Position numbers and translations under genes: made by a program. Positions 1 through 11,898 of a stretch of DNA of 64,000 bases are shown piece by piece. How positions within the stretch are numbered: the first letter of the stretch is position 1; every line of letters starts with the position of its first letter. Location: NCBI RefSeq assembly GCF_006345805.1, contig NC_043013.1, positions 55,304,001 to 55,368,000 on the forward strand, read 5' to 3'. The notes under the pieces were generated by a model. That model worked only from the letters and a program-made list of their open reading frames with translations. It did not search any database and was not told the DNA's origin. The stretch comes from Octopus sinensis. Taxonomy: Eukaryota.

Positions 1-173
1 CAGTAATTTTAGATTCTCTAACAAGCTTATTATCGAGTTTCTCCTCTCTCTGATATATGTTATGGCCAAAAGGAAAACAACAAGGCACTGAGGAGCTATT
101 GGCAGACAAGAGGTTTTTCAGGCTCATCTACATAGACACTTAAACTGCAAGAAATAACAGCCAAATGTACCTA

Positions 174-402
174 TTTCTTTATTACCCACAAGGGGCTAAA
201 CATAGAGGGGACAAACAAGGACATATGTAAGTATTAAGTCGATTACATCGACCCCAGTGCATAACTGATACTTAATTTATCGACCCCGAAAGGATGAAAG
301 GCAAAGTCGACCTTGGCGGAATTTGAACTCACAACGTTGCAGCAGATGAAATACCGCAAAGCATCTCGCCCGACGTGCTATCGTTTCTGCCAGCTCACCG
401 CC
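174..402 (-). mobile_element. tRNA-derived SINE, family S1
   Basis: Minus strand reads ggcggtgagctggcagaaacgatagcac (A box) ... gtgagttcaaattccgcc (B box), then the body ctttcatcctttcggggtcgataaattaagta. Near-identical copies at 1275-1462, 8551-8788 and 44490-44722. Confidence 0.9.
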
Positions 403-682
403 AAATGTACCTTTAACTCATTAGCATTTAAACTGGCCATACCTGGCTCAAATATAATATCTGTTTTATGTTACAAATGGCCAGATCTGGCCACCCACAC
501 TTGCCCTACAATGTCACTCCAAAAATAAGCAATCACATGATTGAAATCACAAAGCTACAACATAACATACAATTAGTTCGAAATGACGTGAATAATTAAA
601 CATTACATTTGATAAAGTAATCTGAATGCTTAAGGGTTGCTTAAACGACATTTTACTTAATATAATAAAATGCAAGACTTAC

Positions 683-751
683 CATTCGGTGTAATTCATG
701 ATAATTATGTCTGAAAGGTAGGTCACATCCGGAATCTCATAGATGATATGT
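683..751 (-). CDS. Candidate 69-nt internal exon of an unidentified host gene (xHIIYEIPDVTYLSDIIIMNYTEx)
   Basis: Minus strand has acceptor ttcttgttgttgttgcag| and donor ATG|GTAAGT. Length is a multiple of 3, exactly one frame is open, and it lies in non-repeat sequence. Product not recognised. Confidence 0.5.
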
Positions 752-1004
752 CTGCAACAACAACAAGAACCGTAACAACAATAGGCTCTGCTGAATTGGC
801 TGAGATTTTACATGCATATATTATTTCTTACATTTGTCAAAATTTGACAGTGTGTATGTGTGTGTGCAAATCCTTTGTGAAGGTGATTACAAGTTTATAT
901 CATGGATATTCACATCTTTGCATGCACAGGTATGAAATGTGTTTACATGTGTGGGTGTCCTCTTAATAATTAATGTAAATGTTGATGTGAAGTATTAGAG
1001 AAGA

Positions 1005-1570
1005 AGAATGTAGCAGGACATGTAGCAGACATGAAATGCATTACTAAGTACACAATTAATGTGACAGAACATGTGGCAGGCATGTAATACATTAAGTACA
1101 TGATGAATGTAGCAGGACATGTGATAGAAATGAAATACATTGCTAAGTTCACAATCTTTTCTATTCTAGATACAAAGCCTGAAATTTGGGGGGAGGGGCC
1201 CAGTCAATTAGATCGATCCCAGTACACAACTGGTAATTAGTTTATCGACCCTGAAAGGATGAAAGACAAAGTCAACAAGGACAGACAGATGGATTAAGTC
1301 GATTACATCAACCCCAGTGCATAACTGATGCTTAATTTATTGATCCCGAAAGGATGAAAGGCAAAATCGACCTCGGTGGAATTTGAACTCAGAATGTAAA
1401 GACAGACAAAATACCGCTAAGCATTTCGCCCAGCGTGCTAATGCTTCTGCCAGCTTACTGCCTTCAAGTATACAATTAATGTAACAGGACATGTGGCAGG
1501 TATGTAATACATTAAGTACAAGATGAATGTGGCAGGACAGGTGAGAGAAATGAAATACATTGCTAAGTAT
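1005..1570. repeat. Degenerate minisatellite (gaatgtagcaggacatgt...aaatacattgctaagt) split by SINE insertions
   Basis: 1033-1148 and 1474-1568 are visibly homologous and flank the SINEs at 1165-1462. Confidence 0.7.
1165..1462 (-). mobile_element. Two abutting S1-type SINE pieces
   Basis: The atcgaccc(c/t)gaaaggatgaaag core occurs twice; tRNA-like head at ~1380-1462. Confidence 0.85.
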
Positions 1571-3044
1571 AACATATCAATCCTGTTAGAAATTTATCAA
1601 AAGTTCAAAAGTACAGAAAAGTTATAAAAAAAACTGTTGATAGTAAGAAACTGTTTTGATCAGATGAAAGTGAATATTTGTTTAGCAATAAAAGCTTATC
1701 CAAATGGTAAATATTTTTATTCCGGATGTAGTTGACAAGACTGCAACTTGGATAGATATGATGTACTGTTTTGTAGAAGACACACTTCGTGAATTTATTT
1801 ATTTTTTTGTTTTTTTAGGTGGGGGTGACAAAAATTAGAAATCGCTCCCAGCTAAAATAACTTTTCAGGTAGGATTCATAAAATCTCCTCTGTCTTATAT
1901 TCTTAGACATAGTGAGTTTAGTAAATACATAAAGAATTTTTCTAGTCTTCTCAATAACGGATGAAGCTATTTCCTATTTGTCTGGAAAATATTTATATGT
2001 GTTTCATCTGTTTATTATGGAAACCAATGGTAAGGACTCTAACCTCCAAGCGTCTTCTGTTATATTCTTTAGAAACTTTAAACAATTAGATTTCTTTGAA
2101 AGATGACTTCAATCTGAGGATGGAGAAAGTGAGGAAAAGAAGTCTTTGGACAACATTAGTCAGAAAATAAAATTGTCTTCCTTAATACAAGTTGTTGTTG
2201 CTGGGAAAATATAGATAAATAGATATTTTCAAAAGTTATGTACTATATAATGGTTTACAATAAAGCAGGCTATAGGGTGCATTTAGCTTTCACAAAATAA
2301 GATATCATTTGAAAACAAAACTCCATTAAACAGTTGAGACATACTTTAACCACAGAATGTAAAGAGACACTAGTCTTTGGTAGATTCTACTCTACTCTAG
2401 AATTTGAACTCAGCACTTCAAATTAGCATCACATTTGTTAGTTGTACTCTGCATCTACTTTTTGTAACTGTGACCTGTGCACATTCATGATACCTATTTA
2501 CTATTAACTTTGTCTTAATTGTGGTTTCAACATATGAAAAAGTTTAATTCAAATATATATCTGGGATTAAAATTTATTTAATTACAACTGAAGTGCATCC
2601 GCAATTAAAATCTAATTAATTTTAACTAATGTGTATCTGGACTAAAAATCTGTTTAATTTTAATTGCAGCACATTTTGAATGAAATGCTACGTAATTTTG
2701 AGGTTTATCCGGAATAAAAACAACTATCATAATTCCTTTGTTGTTTGGAATATTGAAACAATATTTACATTAATTGAAAATGAAAAATAAACTGCTTCTC
2801 ATAAAATGCAAAACAACTAATGTTGTTGTTTTTATTTAGCCCTGAACCAGTGTGTTTCAGCAGAGCTACGACCAAAGGAGTAACAGTTATGATCAACCAG
2901 TTTTTTGTTTTTCAAGTATTGAACTACGAGGGCGATTTCAGCTACTGCTTTTAGCAGGATGAGCAAACACAAATGTCCCATTGATCTAAAAGAAGTCTTT
3001 TTTCAATTAGTGACATCATTGAAATATTAAGAAAAGAATACAAG

Positions 3045-3320
3045 AATATCAAGTCTTGACATCAAACATGATACTCGCAGCAAAACTCTGAAGGAATCCT
3101 ACAAGAAGACATTAAATCAAATTGTGTAATTATAATTACTATCAACTGGAATGTAATTAAAAATAAAAATTCAGTTTCAAACAGTCTTTATCAAATAATT
3201 ATTACAAAAGATGAGCAACGACTCTTTAATTTCCAAAAATATCGCTATTGGCTGGATACAGAAGAAAGTTTATGAAATCATCTTTCAAATACTGTTATCT
3301 TTATTGTTGTATTTAATGTG
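3045..3320. repeat. Unclassified ~275 bp dispersed repeat, copy 1
   Basis: Aligns by eye with 25805-26105 (caagtcttgaca...ctgaaggaatcctac...attggctggatacag...gtatttaatgt). Confidence 0.8.
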
Positions 3321-4626
3321 AGGAGAGAAGACAAGCCCTTGATCTTTTAAATGACTCTTTAGGCTAGTGAAAGACAAAGAAGCTATCTTGATACCTGGGC
3401 CAAATGCTTTTGACAGAGTGGACTCTACTAAAAGTTCCCGAAGGGCTACGTTGTACTTTTGAACCAGACTGCAAATTAAGAGCCTTCTATTCAATACACA
3501 AGCAATAAAGTAAGAATCAAAATCTCTCTGACTGGTATGCCACCTGGTGGGAAACTGGTCTAGTGATGTAATACTACTTTACTGTCCTCAGTATGACATA
3601 ACTGAAAGTACATGATTATAAACATTTATACATACCATACGAATTTGGCATCTTCTTCTAGCATGTGGCATTACTCAAAACTTGCCTTTATCATAATTAT
3701 ATTTATAAAATTAAATACTTTGTATTAATTGTTACCTAAATTGGTTTTACATGCTACCTACTAGATAAAATCCTAACAAGATTTTATCCTTGATTATAAT
3801 TGATATATATGAGTGTATATAAGCTGAAGTGGAGGCAGCATGATTTTCATCTATCTCCTTACCTTCTTGGAGATTTTAGGCAAAATTATACTAAGGTGTC
3901 CATCTGTTTTAATTTAATTTAATTCTATGAATTTATGCAGCTGAGGATTGCTCTGCATTTAAATTGATGTAATGGTTGCATTGTTCAATTAAATGTAGTC
4001 GCTTGAAACGATCGTACTGCATTCCTCTGAATATCCTTGTTGCTTATTTTGATATATATATGTGTGTATATATATATGTATGTATGTATATATATGATAC
4101 CTATATCTATACACACATGCATATTTGTATGTATATATAAAATAACCAATATAGAGGCTGGCTGGCTGGTAGATTGATTTCTATACTCATATTTTAATCA
4201 TATAGATAAAAGGGAACAAAGAGTATAAGAGAATATACATACAGTTAAGCGGTGTAGGATGAATGTACATACTAAGCTTGGTGGCAGGCAATGAGTAAAA
4301 GAAGCCTACAAACACACACACACACACCCAAATAGAGAGAAAGAAAGAAACATACACTAAGAGAGAAGGAGAGGGTGTAAATAACAGAGTAGTTATAGAA
4401 GGAATCATACAAATAAAAAATTTGTTTTATTTAATATTTTTCTTTTGACATATAGAATTCACTGCATCATTCTATATAACCATGAACAAATTTTAATGAA
4501 ATTATAATTATTATATGCATTCCACATTTCCTGATATTACCCTGATCACGAATGCATACTTCTAAAGTTACCCATCATATGATGCGCATTACTCTAGAAT
4601 AGGTATATATATATATATATATATAT

Positions 4627-4820
4627 AGTTAATCCAAACATGAAAACACAACAATGTGAGGACGTGGATCAAGTATAGTGTTATTGGACGCTCAGGAAAG
4701 GAAAGAAAGAAGGAGGATTTAATGCTTCGAGCGGAGCTCTTCGTCAGAAACATAGAAAAAGGAAAGATCCAAGGAAGGGAAGAAGGAAGAAGAAAATCGC
4801 CAACGGTACACACACAGTCA
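4627..4820 (-). mobile_element. ~195 bp Penelope-type terminal repeat / retrozyme-like unit, hammerhead family H1
   Basis: Homologous to 41214-41395. Minus strand gtttCTGACGAaGAGCtccGCTCGAAgcattaaat at 4717-4751. Flanked on both sides by TA-rich microsatellite. Confidence 0.7.
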
Positions 4821-5099
4821 CATTTATATATATACACACACACATATATCTATTTATATATAAATGTGTGTGTGTGTGTATAAATATATAAATATATATA
4901 CATATAGGGGGAGAGAGAGGGAGAGACAGACAGATAGGGGAATGCATGTATGCGTGTGTGCACGTGTAAGTCAAAAGAGTTCATAAGAAGAGAAATAAGA
5001 AGATTGACTGAAGTGAATTGAAAATCACATCATTTTAGTGCATTGTATTTGTGAAATAAAATAAAATTGTCTTGTGTCAAAAGAATTTAAAAGGTAGTA

Positions 5100-6100
5100 T
5101 AAGGAGGTTAAATAATAAAAAAAATACTCGATGAGATTTGTCAGGTGTCATTGATTATTAGGTACAAATTGAGAAGAGATGTTAACTTTAGCAGAAGGAA
5201 TTCTACTCAGAGAATTATCAGAATTTTACTTAAGAAAGATTTACTAAAGCTGGTGGAGACAAGCTTAAAAAGGACGCATATTTGACGGTAAGTGAGGACA
5301 TGGTCTTTGAGCTTGTAAAGTGATTCTTTGGAGTTAATTGATTTGAAACTTTTATAACTTGAAAGAAAGACTGCAAGTGGACTGTTTGTTAAATTGTTGC
5401 ACTTGGGATAAGGGTTCAAATTCACATCCGGTTAATAAGGTGATTCTTTCTTTTGCAGTAAAGTCACACTTTACAAAACCTGATCAGTATTTTTGGTACT
5501 AGAATATTTTAGAGTCTTCTGGAATATATCCAATAATACAAATGGGAGAATAACATTAATTCTATGCCATGAGTTTTGATTACAAAAATCTGAATTTGAA
5601 AGTATTTTTCCATAATGTAGAATGATAAAAATATACAGTGAACTGATTTCAAAGAATTGGAATTTAGGTATTTATTCAATGCCTATATATTCTTGTGAAA
5701 TGTCCTCTTGAATGTTTATGGATATTGGCTCGCAGGAGGCTGGTAGAACTGGTAGTGGAGCAGAGCAAATAGAAAGATTTTTAATGAAGTTTGTGATAGA
5801 TTATACTAGTGAAGCTTACAGTTGGTCATTCAAATTATTCAACTACTGAAGGCTGCAGAGAATTTGAATGAAATGATAAAAATTCCTCTCTTTGACTTAA
5901 AGGTAGAGTATGAGTGCTTTAACTCAAACAAAGAATTATGTATTCAAAAGGGGTATGAGATCTGTGTTCTTTATCGGTAGAGGTTTAGAAGGAAAAGAAT
6001 GAAGGTTGATTGTAGTAAAATTTAGTTTGTGATTAAGTCTTGTAAATTTGTAATCAACTTCGTTAAATAGTGGATTCTAGTCATAAGTCTGTAATTATTT
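5100..6100 (-). pseudogene. Highly decayed coding-like relic, possibly the N-terminal part of a Penelope-like ORF
   Basis: Long stretches with few stops on the minus strand, and VNLS..KIL...EFLLLK resembling the PLE VxNLS..L motif. Weak similarity judged by eye. Confidence 0.25.
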
Positions 6101-6954
6101 AAATATAATGAATACAGACAATGATAAATTCCAGACCAGGTAATTTCAATTACAAAATTAATTCTACCTTTGAGGCCTAACTGACTGAAAGTAATCACTT
6201 TTAGTTTAGATTCTGTGTTGTGAACTATCGTCTAAAACTAATAACATGTGTCTTTATAATGTTCATTGCTCACAGGACATAAAATACAGTGGATTGTCTC
6301 ACAGCTTCTTCTCAGCAATGTTTATTGAACAAAGAATGTCACTGTAACAGGCAATTTGCGTCAAGCCTATCAATAGTCATTTGAATATGCTAAGGTCTGC
6401 TGAGAAATTAGATATGAATGCTGCTGAATAACAATAAAAAATAATAAAATCTAAGTAAGATGTAACAATAACATGAAGAAAATCACTTAATTTTATTCCA
6501 GAGACACAAGTTATCTTTTCATTGCATTCTTGTAGGTGTATGAAATTAAGAAAATATACTTCAATGAAAATTACCAGATTATTTACTGAAGCTACAGAAC
6601 AGTAAAGAATAAATACTAACTTGATTTTGATAATTCTTTAAAAAGTCTGACACATGTTTGTATTGAAAATTGCAACAGGAATTGCTAAATATCAATTAAC
6701 CTTGATATTTTTCTCTTACAAGGGCACTGTTACAAGTGGAAAATGTTATATTTTCAAGCCATTGTTTAAAATTCTGGTAATTTTTACTGCTAAAATTTTG
6801 ACACAGTTCACTTACCATTTATTTGTGCCCAAGTCCCAACTTCAAAATGCCATAAAATTTCTTAAAATTGAGCTTTTGGCTTAATTTTTTTCTGACTTAA
6901 CTCAGACATTTTTTGCAGTTTCAAGAAATGACAACAAAACAAACATTTGGAGAC

Positions 6955-7180
6955 CATCATCATCATCATCATCATTTAACATCCATCTTCCACGCATGCA
7001 TGGGTAGGGTGGTTGATAGGAGCCGGCCAGATAGAAATATTACCCTAGGCAACTGTGTCTGTTTTGGTAGTGATTTTAGGGCTGGATGCTCTTTCTAACA
7101 CCAATCACATTACAGTGTGGACTGAATGCTTTTAACTTGGCACCAGCACTGGCAGGGTAACCAAATCACTCACAAGACAA
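6955..7180 (-). mobile_element. RTE-type 3' terminal fragment with (GAT)n tail
   Basis: (cat)n followed by ttaacatcc...catgcatggg...ggctggatgctctttctaacaccaatcac, similar to the RTE 3' end at 57112-57290. Confidence 0.7.
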
Positions 7181-8189
7181 GGAATTATGAGAGGGCCAGT
7201 GACATTTGAGGAGGGGAACTTGTATCAGAGGATGAGAAAGAGACAGAAGCAGGTGTCTTGCCACAACAGAGGAGGCATTAGAAGAGGTGATTCAGTATCA
7301 GATGATGAAAGGTTAGAGTGTAACAGAGAAATAGATAGGCAGAAACAGGTGTCTTGCTATAAAGGAGGTACATGGTTACCTGTGTGTGTTTGTGTGTGCG
7401 TGTGAGAGAGAGAGGGGGGAAGAGGTATAGAAAGAGGCCAGAAACAAGTGTGCTGATGTAAAGGTGACATTTGGTCACCAAGTCAGAGGAAAAAATAAGA
7501 GAAGGAGAGAGAGTGAGAGCAGAAGAGAGATGGTGTGTTGTGCTAGGGTATACTCATGAGTAACAAGAATATGAGTGTAGAACCTGGTTAGAAAAATAAG
7601 ACGTGGGTGTGAGGGTGTGGGAATGGACAGCAGTGAGGGCAAGAAAGGGGATTGGAAAACAATCATAATGTATGAAGAGGAAATATGAGGAAGAGAAAGA
7701 TGCAATTAGAAGTGGAATTGTAATTTGATTTCTTAGGGTAGAGTGTGGGTGGAAAGTGTGAAATGTTCAGTCCTGGGACCTCTGTTCCACACATACACAC
7801 ATACAACAAGCTTCAAAATAGTTTCCAGCCTCCAATTTCTACTGATAAATTATTGGACAGCTTGAGGTTTCAGTAAAAGTAACTTTCTCAAGGATTGAAC
7901 ATGAAACCAGATATTGCAAATGGATATTTGAACCACACAGCTCTGACTGTGACTTCATGTTGAGAACTATCAGATTTATCTCTGAAATATATATTCATCA
8001 TTGTTTTAATGTTCTCTTTTCCATGTTTGCATGGGTTAGATGGAATTTGTTAAGGCAGATTTTCTATGGCTGTATGCTCTTCCTGGCTCTAACCCTCACC
8101 CTGGCTGGGTGTGTCTTCATAGAAGATTGGAAATGAAGGACACCGCTTGTACGGCAGTGATGCTCATTGGTATCTATTGCACAATATCA

Positions 8190-8400
8190 AGATAAGGACA
8201 CACACACACACTCACTCACACACACACTCACTCACGCACACACAAACATATATATGATGGACTTCTTTCAGTTTCTGTCTACCAAATCTACTCATTAGAC
8301 TTTAGTCAGCTTACAGCTATAATAGAAGATAGTTGCACAGGTTGTCATACAGTGAGACTGAACTCAAAACCCAGTGGTCCTTTCTCAAAACCACTCAGTT
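8190..8400 (-). mobile_element. S2 SINE 5' half
   Basis: cttctttcagtttctgtctaccaaatctactc...agtgagactgaactcaaaacc matches the S2 head at 35530-35672. Confidence 0.7.
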
Positions 8401-8444
8401 GTGCCTTTTCTTTATGAAATACAGGAAATTATTTATTCATGACT

Positions 8445-9012
8445 GGAACTCCATTGGCTTTGATGATGGGGGTTCCAGTTGATCTGATCAATGGAATAGC
8501 CTGCTCATGATATTAACATGCAAGTGGCTGAGCATTTCCCAGACACATGTTCCTATTTCTTTACTACCCAAAAGGGGCTAAACACAGAGAAGACAAACAA
8601 GGACAGACAAACGGATTAAGTCGATTATATCGACCCCAGTGCGTAACTGGTACTTATTTAATCGACCCCGAAAGGATGAAAGGCAAAGTCGACCTCGGCG
8701 GAATTTGAACTCAGAACGTAACGACAGACGAAATACCACAAAGCATTTCACCCGGCATGCTAATGGTTCTGCCAACTTACTGCCTTCACAGACACATGTA
8801 CCCTTAATGCAGTTCTCAGAGAGATTCAGTCTGACACAGAATGTGACAAGGTCGGCCCCTTTAATTACCTGTCCAACTGATTTCTGCCAGCCGAGTGGAC
8901 TGGAGCAACATGACACTAAGTGTCTTGCTCAAAGACACATCATGCCACTGGGAATCGAACTCACTACCTTACAATCATGAACTGATTGCCCTAACCACTA
9001 AGCCATGTGCCT
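8445..9012 (-). mobile_element. tRNA-derived SINE family S3, interrupted by an S1 SINE
   Basis: Head on minus strand ggcacatggcttagtggttagggc...gtgagttcgattccc. Body resumes on the other side of the insertion. Related copies at 51350-51575 and 53235-53440. Confidence 0.85.
8551..8788 (-). mobile_element. S1 SINE nested in S3 with 11-bp target-site duplication
   Basis: cagacacatgt at 8540-8550 and 8789-8799 flanks a full S1 copy. Confidence 0.9.
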
Positions 9013-10329
9013 TTATGCTGTAAAGTAACACAAACATGTCAGACAACTTTTATCTATACACCTATTCATCATCTGTGGTTAATATTTTTTTACCTTTTTG
9101 ATCATAAAAATTACATTTTTCTATGGTGGCCATGTTACTCATTTCACTTCACAAAAATATTTATTGCATATTCTCCACGGTATGTCTTTTCTCATAAAAA
9201 CAACATCTCCAGTTTCCAGCCAATTCCTTTAATTGTCTGAATCATTATTTCATTCAAATTTACAAGCTACATCAGGTAAATCATTTACAGCTTATTTCTT
9301 CTCAGCTTTTGTAGCCTCCATTTTTATGGCTCATGTTTCTCTCATCAAGCATCATACATATTGTCCAAATTTACATTTTTAATAAAAAGAACATCGTTTG
9401 TCTTGTCAATGAAGAAAGATATTCAGAAAATAGTTTAGAAGTCTATTGAACATTCTCTGTTATCCTTCATTAGCCTCTCAACACCAATTGATTCCATGAA
9501 CCAAATAATAGCATATATATAATACATCAAATGATCTTTAGCTTCAAATTATACATACCAGTTCCTTTGATTTTTAGAGTAGTACAAGTGTTAATTAGTC
9601 TGTCTGTAATGTTAAACATTTTGGCAAACAATTGATTGCATGGCAGAAATGGTAAAGTGTTGGACAGAATGTCTTGCAGTATTATTTAGTTACAACCTTT
9701 TTACATTCTGAATTTATTCTCCACTAAAATTGACTTTGTCTTCTATCTTTCCTGGGTTTGATAAAATAAATAAAGCAAGTCCAGACCCTTTTCTTACCGT
9801 ATTTCTGTTGAAATATAATCTTTGTTTCAATGAATTTTGAAAATAATAAAGAATAACTTTTGTCATTAATTAACTGGTTTGGGAACATAATTTGTCATGA
9901 AATTTTTATGTAAACTTTTAATTAAGATCATTTTGAAACAGTGTTTTTATAATAGATTTGACACTGGTTTTAGGTGGGTTGGGGTGAAAAGGGTTCAGTG
10001 ATCTTATTTTATTTCTTTTTATTCAGTGAAGTGAAAGTGACAATGCACTATGTTCTCTGAGGCCCTCCAACACCAGTGAGTTCAGTGCCATAGTTCTGTT
10101 TAAAGGACCCAAAATACCTGTTATATGGTAGCAGAAATGGCAGCCAAATATTTCCTTTTCTGGGGAAAAGAATCCTTTATGCATGATTTTGATGTCACAT
10201 TGATTGAAAGCATGCAAAATAAACTGGAAAAAAAAAACACCCATGAAACAAAACTCCATTGCTGGGAAACTCAGAGTTTCCCAGTGATCCAAAAGGTCAT
10301 GGGTAGTCTAGTATATATGTGTATATCTA

Positions 10330-10580
10330 TGTGTGTGTGTGTGTGAGTTTGTCCCCCTCCATCACTGCTTGATAACTTGTGTTGGTGTGTTTACATCCCC
10401 ATAACTTAGCATTTCAGCAAAAGAGACTAATAAAATAAATAAAAATGGTAAAAATAGAATGAGTACCAGTCTAAAAAGAAAATCAGGTCCTGGGGTTGAC
10501 TCGTTCAGCTAAAAATTCTTCAAGATGGTGCTCCAGCATGGCCCCAGCATTGCCACAGTCTAATGATAGAAACAACGATA
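10330..10580 (+). mobile_element. S2 SINE 3' half
   Basis: ggtgtgtttacatccccataacttagc...gaatgagtacc...ggtgctccagcatgg...cacagtctaatga. Confidence 0.8.
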
Positions 10581-11631
10581 AATGGTTCTCTTCATCTTCC
10601 ATCTTTGACTTTTCTTTTCCACCAAGAAAGATTTCTCTCTTGTTGTAATTGTGTTTCATGGAATTTTGGCAGCTATCAGTTTAGCATATCACTCGTCTGT
10701 CTCTAGTTTATTTGAATACTATTGCTCATGTCCATACAGCTTGATAAATTCTACAGTAAGCACCAAATTCCAAATTAATGAGGTATTTCTATGGTCTCTT
10801 TTAATCTACATAAACCAATCTCATCTTTTACAAACAGCTGAGTCAAAATAATATTACTTTCCTAAAATTTCTGTCTCTCGACCATTGATAAGAAGCTATA
10901 TTTTAAAACGTTAACATACTAATTAAAGTCAACATCTAATTCGGACTTGTTTAGTTTTCAGGCCATACTTGAGACTGTCTGCCATCAGCAGAGTTCCAGT
11001 TGGAATCAGTTGTCTTTTATTCTAGCACAGACTATACTTTTAAGAAGGACCAGAATAAAATATCCAAGTACACCTGCTGCAAGAAATCTTAATAGTCAAG
11101 CAAGCATTATTATCAGACTTGGAATAGTAACCCAAGTAATTTCAATTGATTAAATTTTAGATGTGAGAATGAATCCTTATCTAACTATATAGCTCCAACC
11201 AAAAATATAAGTGGAGACAACTCTGAAATAGTAACTAATTAGATTTAATAAACTAGGAGATGCTATGAGAAGAGAATCTTTAACAGACATGTTGCAGTCA
11301 AGCACCAATATCATATTTAATAATTCTTACAATTTTGCAGTAAACAATCGGCTATGTCTCACTGATGAGATCTGATTAGCCTGAAATAGGAACAAAGTTG
11401 TCATCTCACAGTGCTAAGGATGACACACACCTGCCACTGCATTCCATATTTAATTAGTTTTAATTGAAATTTAGTGATTGTCTCCTGTCTGTTTTGACGC
11501 AAATTAGTCAATCAAATAATGGTTTCTGATTTAGGCTTTTTGTTTTTTCTGTTTTTGAAGGTAGCAGGAAGAGTTTGAGAGAGATTTGCTATTTCTAGTT
11601 GGTTGAGCCAATGCATATATATTTGAGCCAA

Positions 11632-11634
<3 letters not shown>

Positions 11635-11730
<96 letters not shown>

Positions 11731-11734
11731 AATA

Positions 11735-11804
<70 letters not shown>

Positions 11805-11805
11805 T

Positions 11806-11878
<73 letters not shown>

Positions 11879-11898
11879 ATATATTTATATATATTTAT
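11635..11898. repeat. (TA)n microsatellite
   Basis: Direct reading. Confidence 0.95.

Noticed and set aside
6816-6860. Possible exon ILWHFEVGTWAQIN with GTAAGT donor
   Set aside because: AAG acceptor with poor pyrimidine tract, and its only open frame ends in phase 1, incompatible with the 683-751 exon. Cannot be excluded without RNA data.
11355-11392. CTGATGA...GAAAT hammerhead-like string
   Set aside because: Stem II barely pairs, and no UH or stem I/III can be formed.
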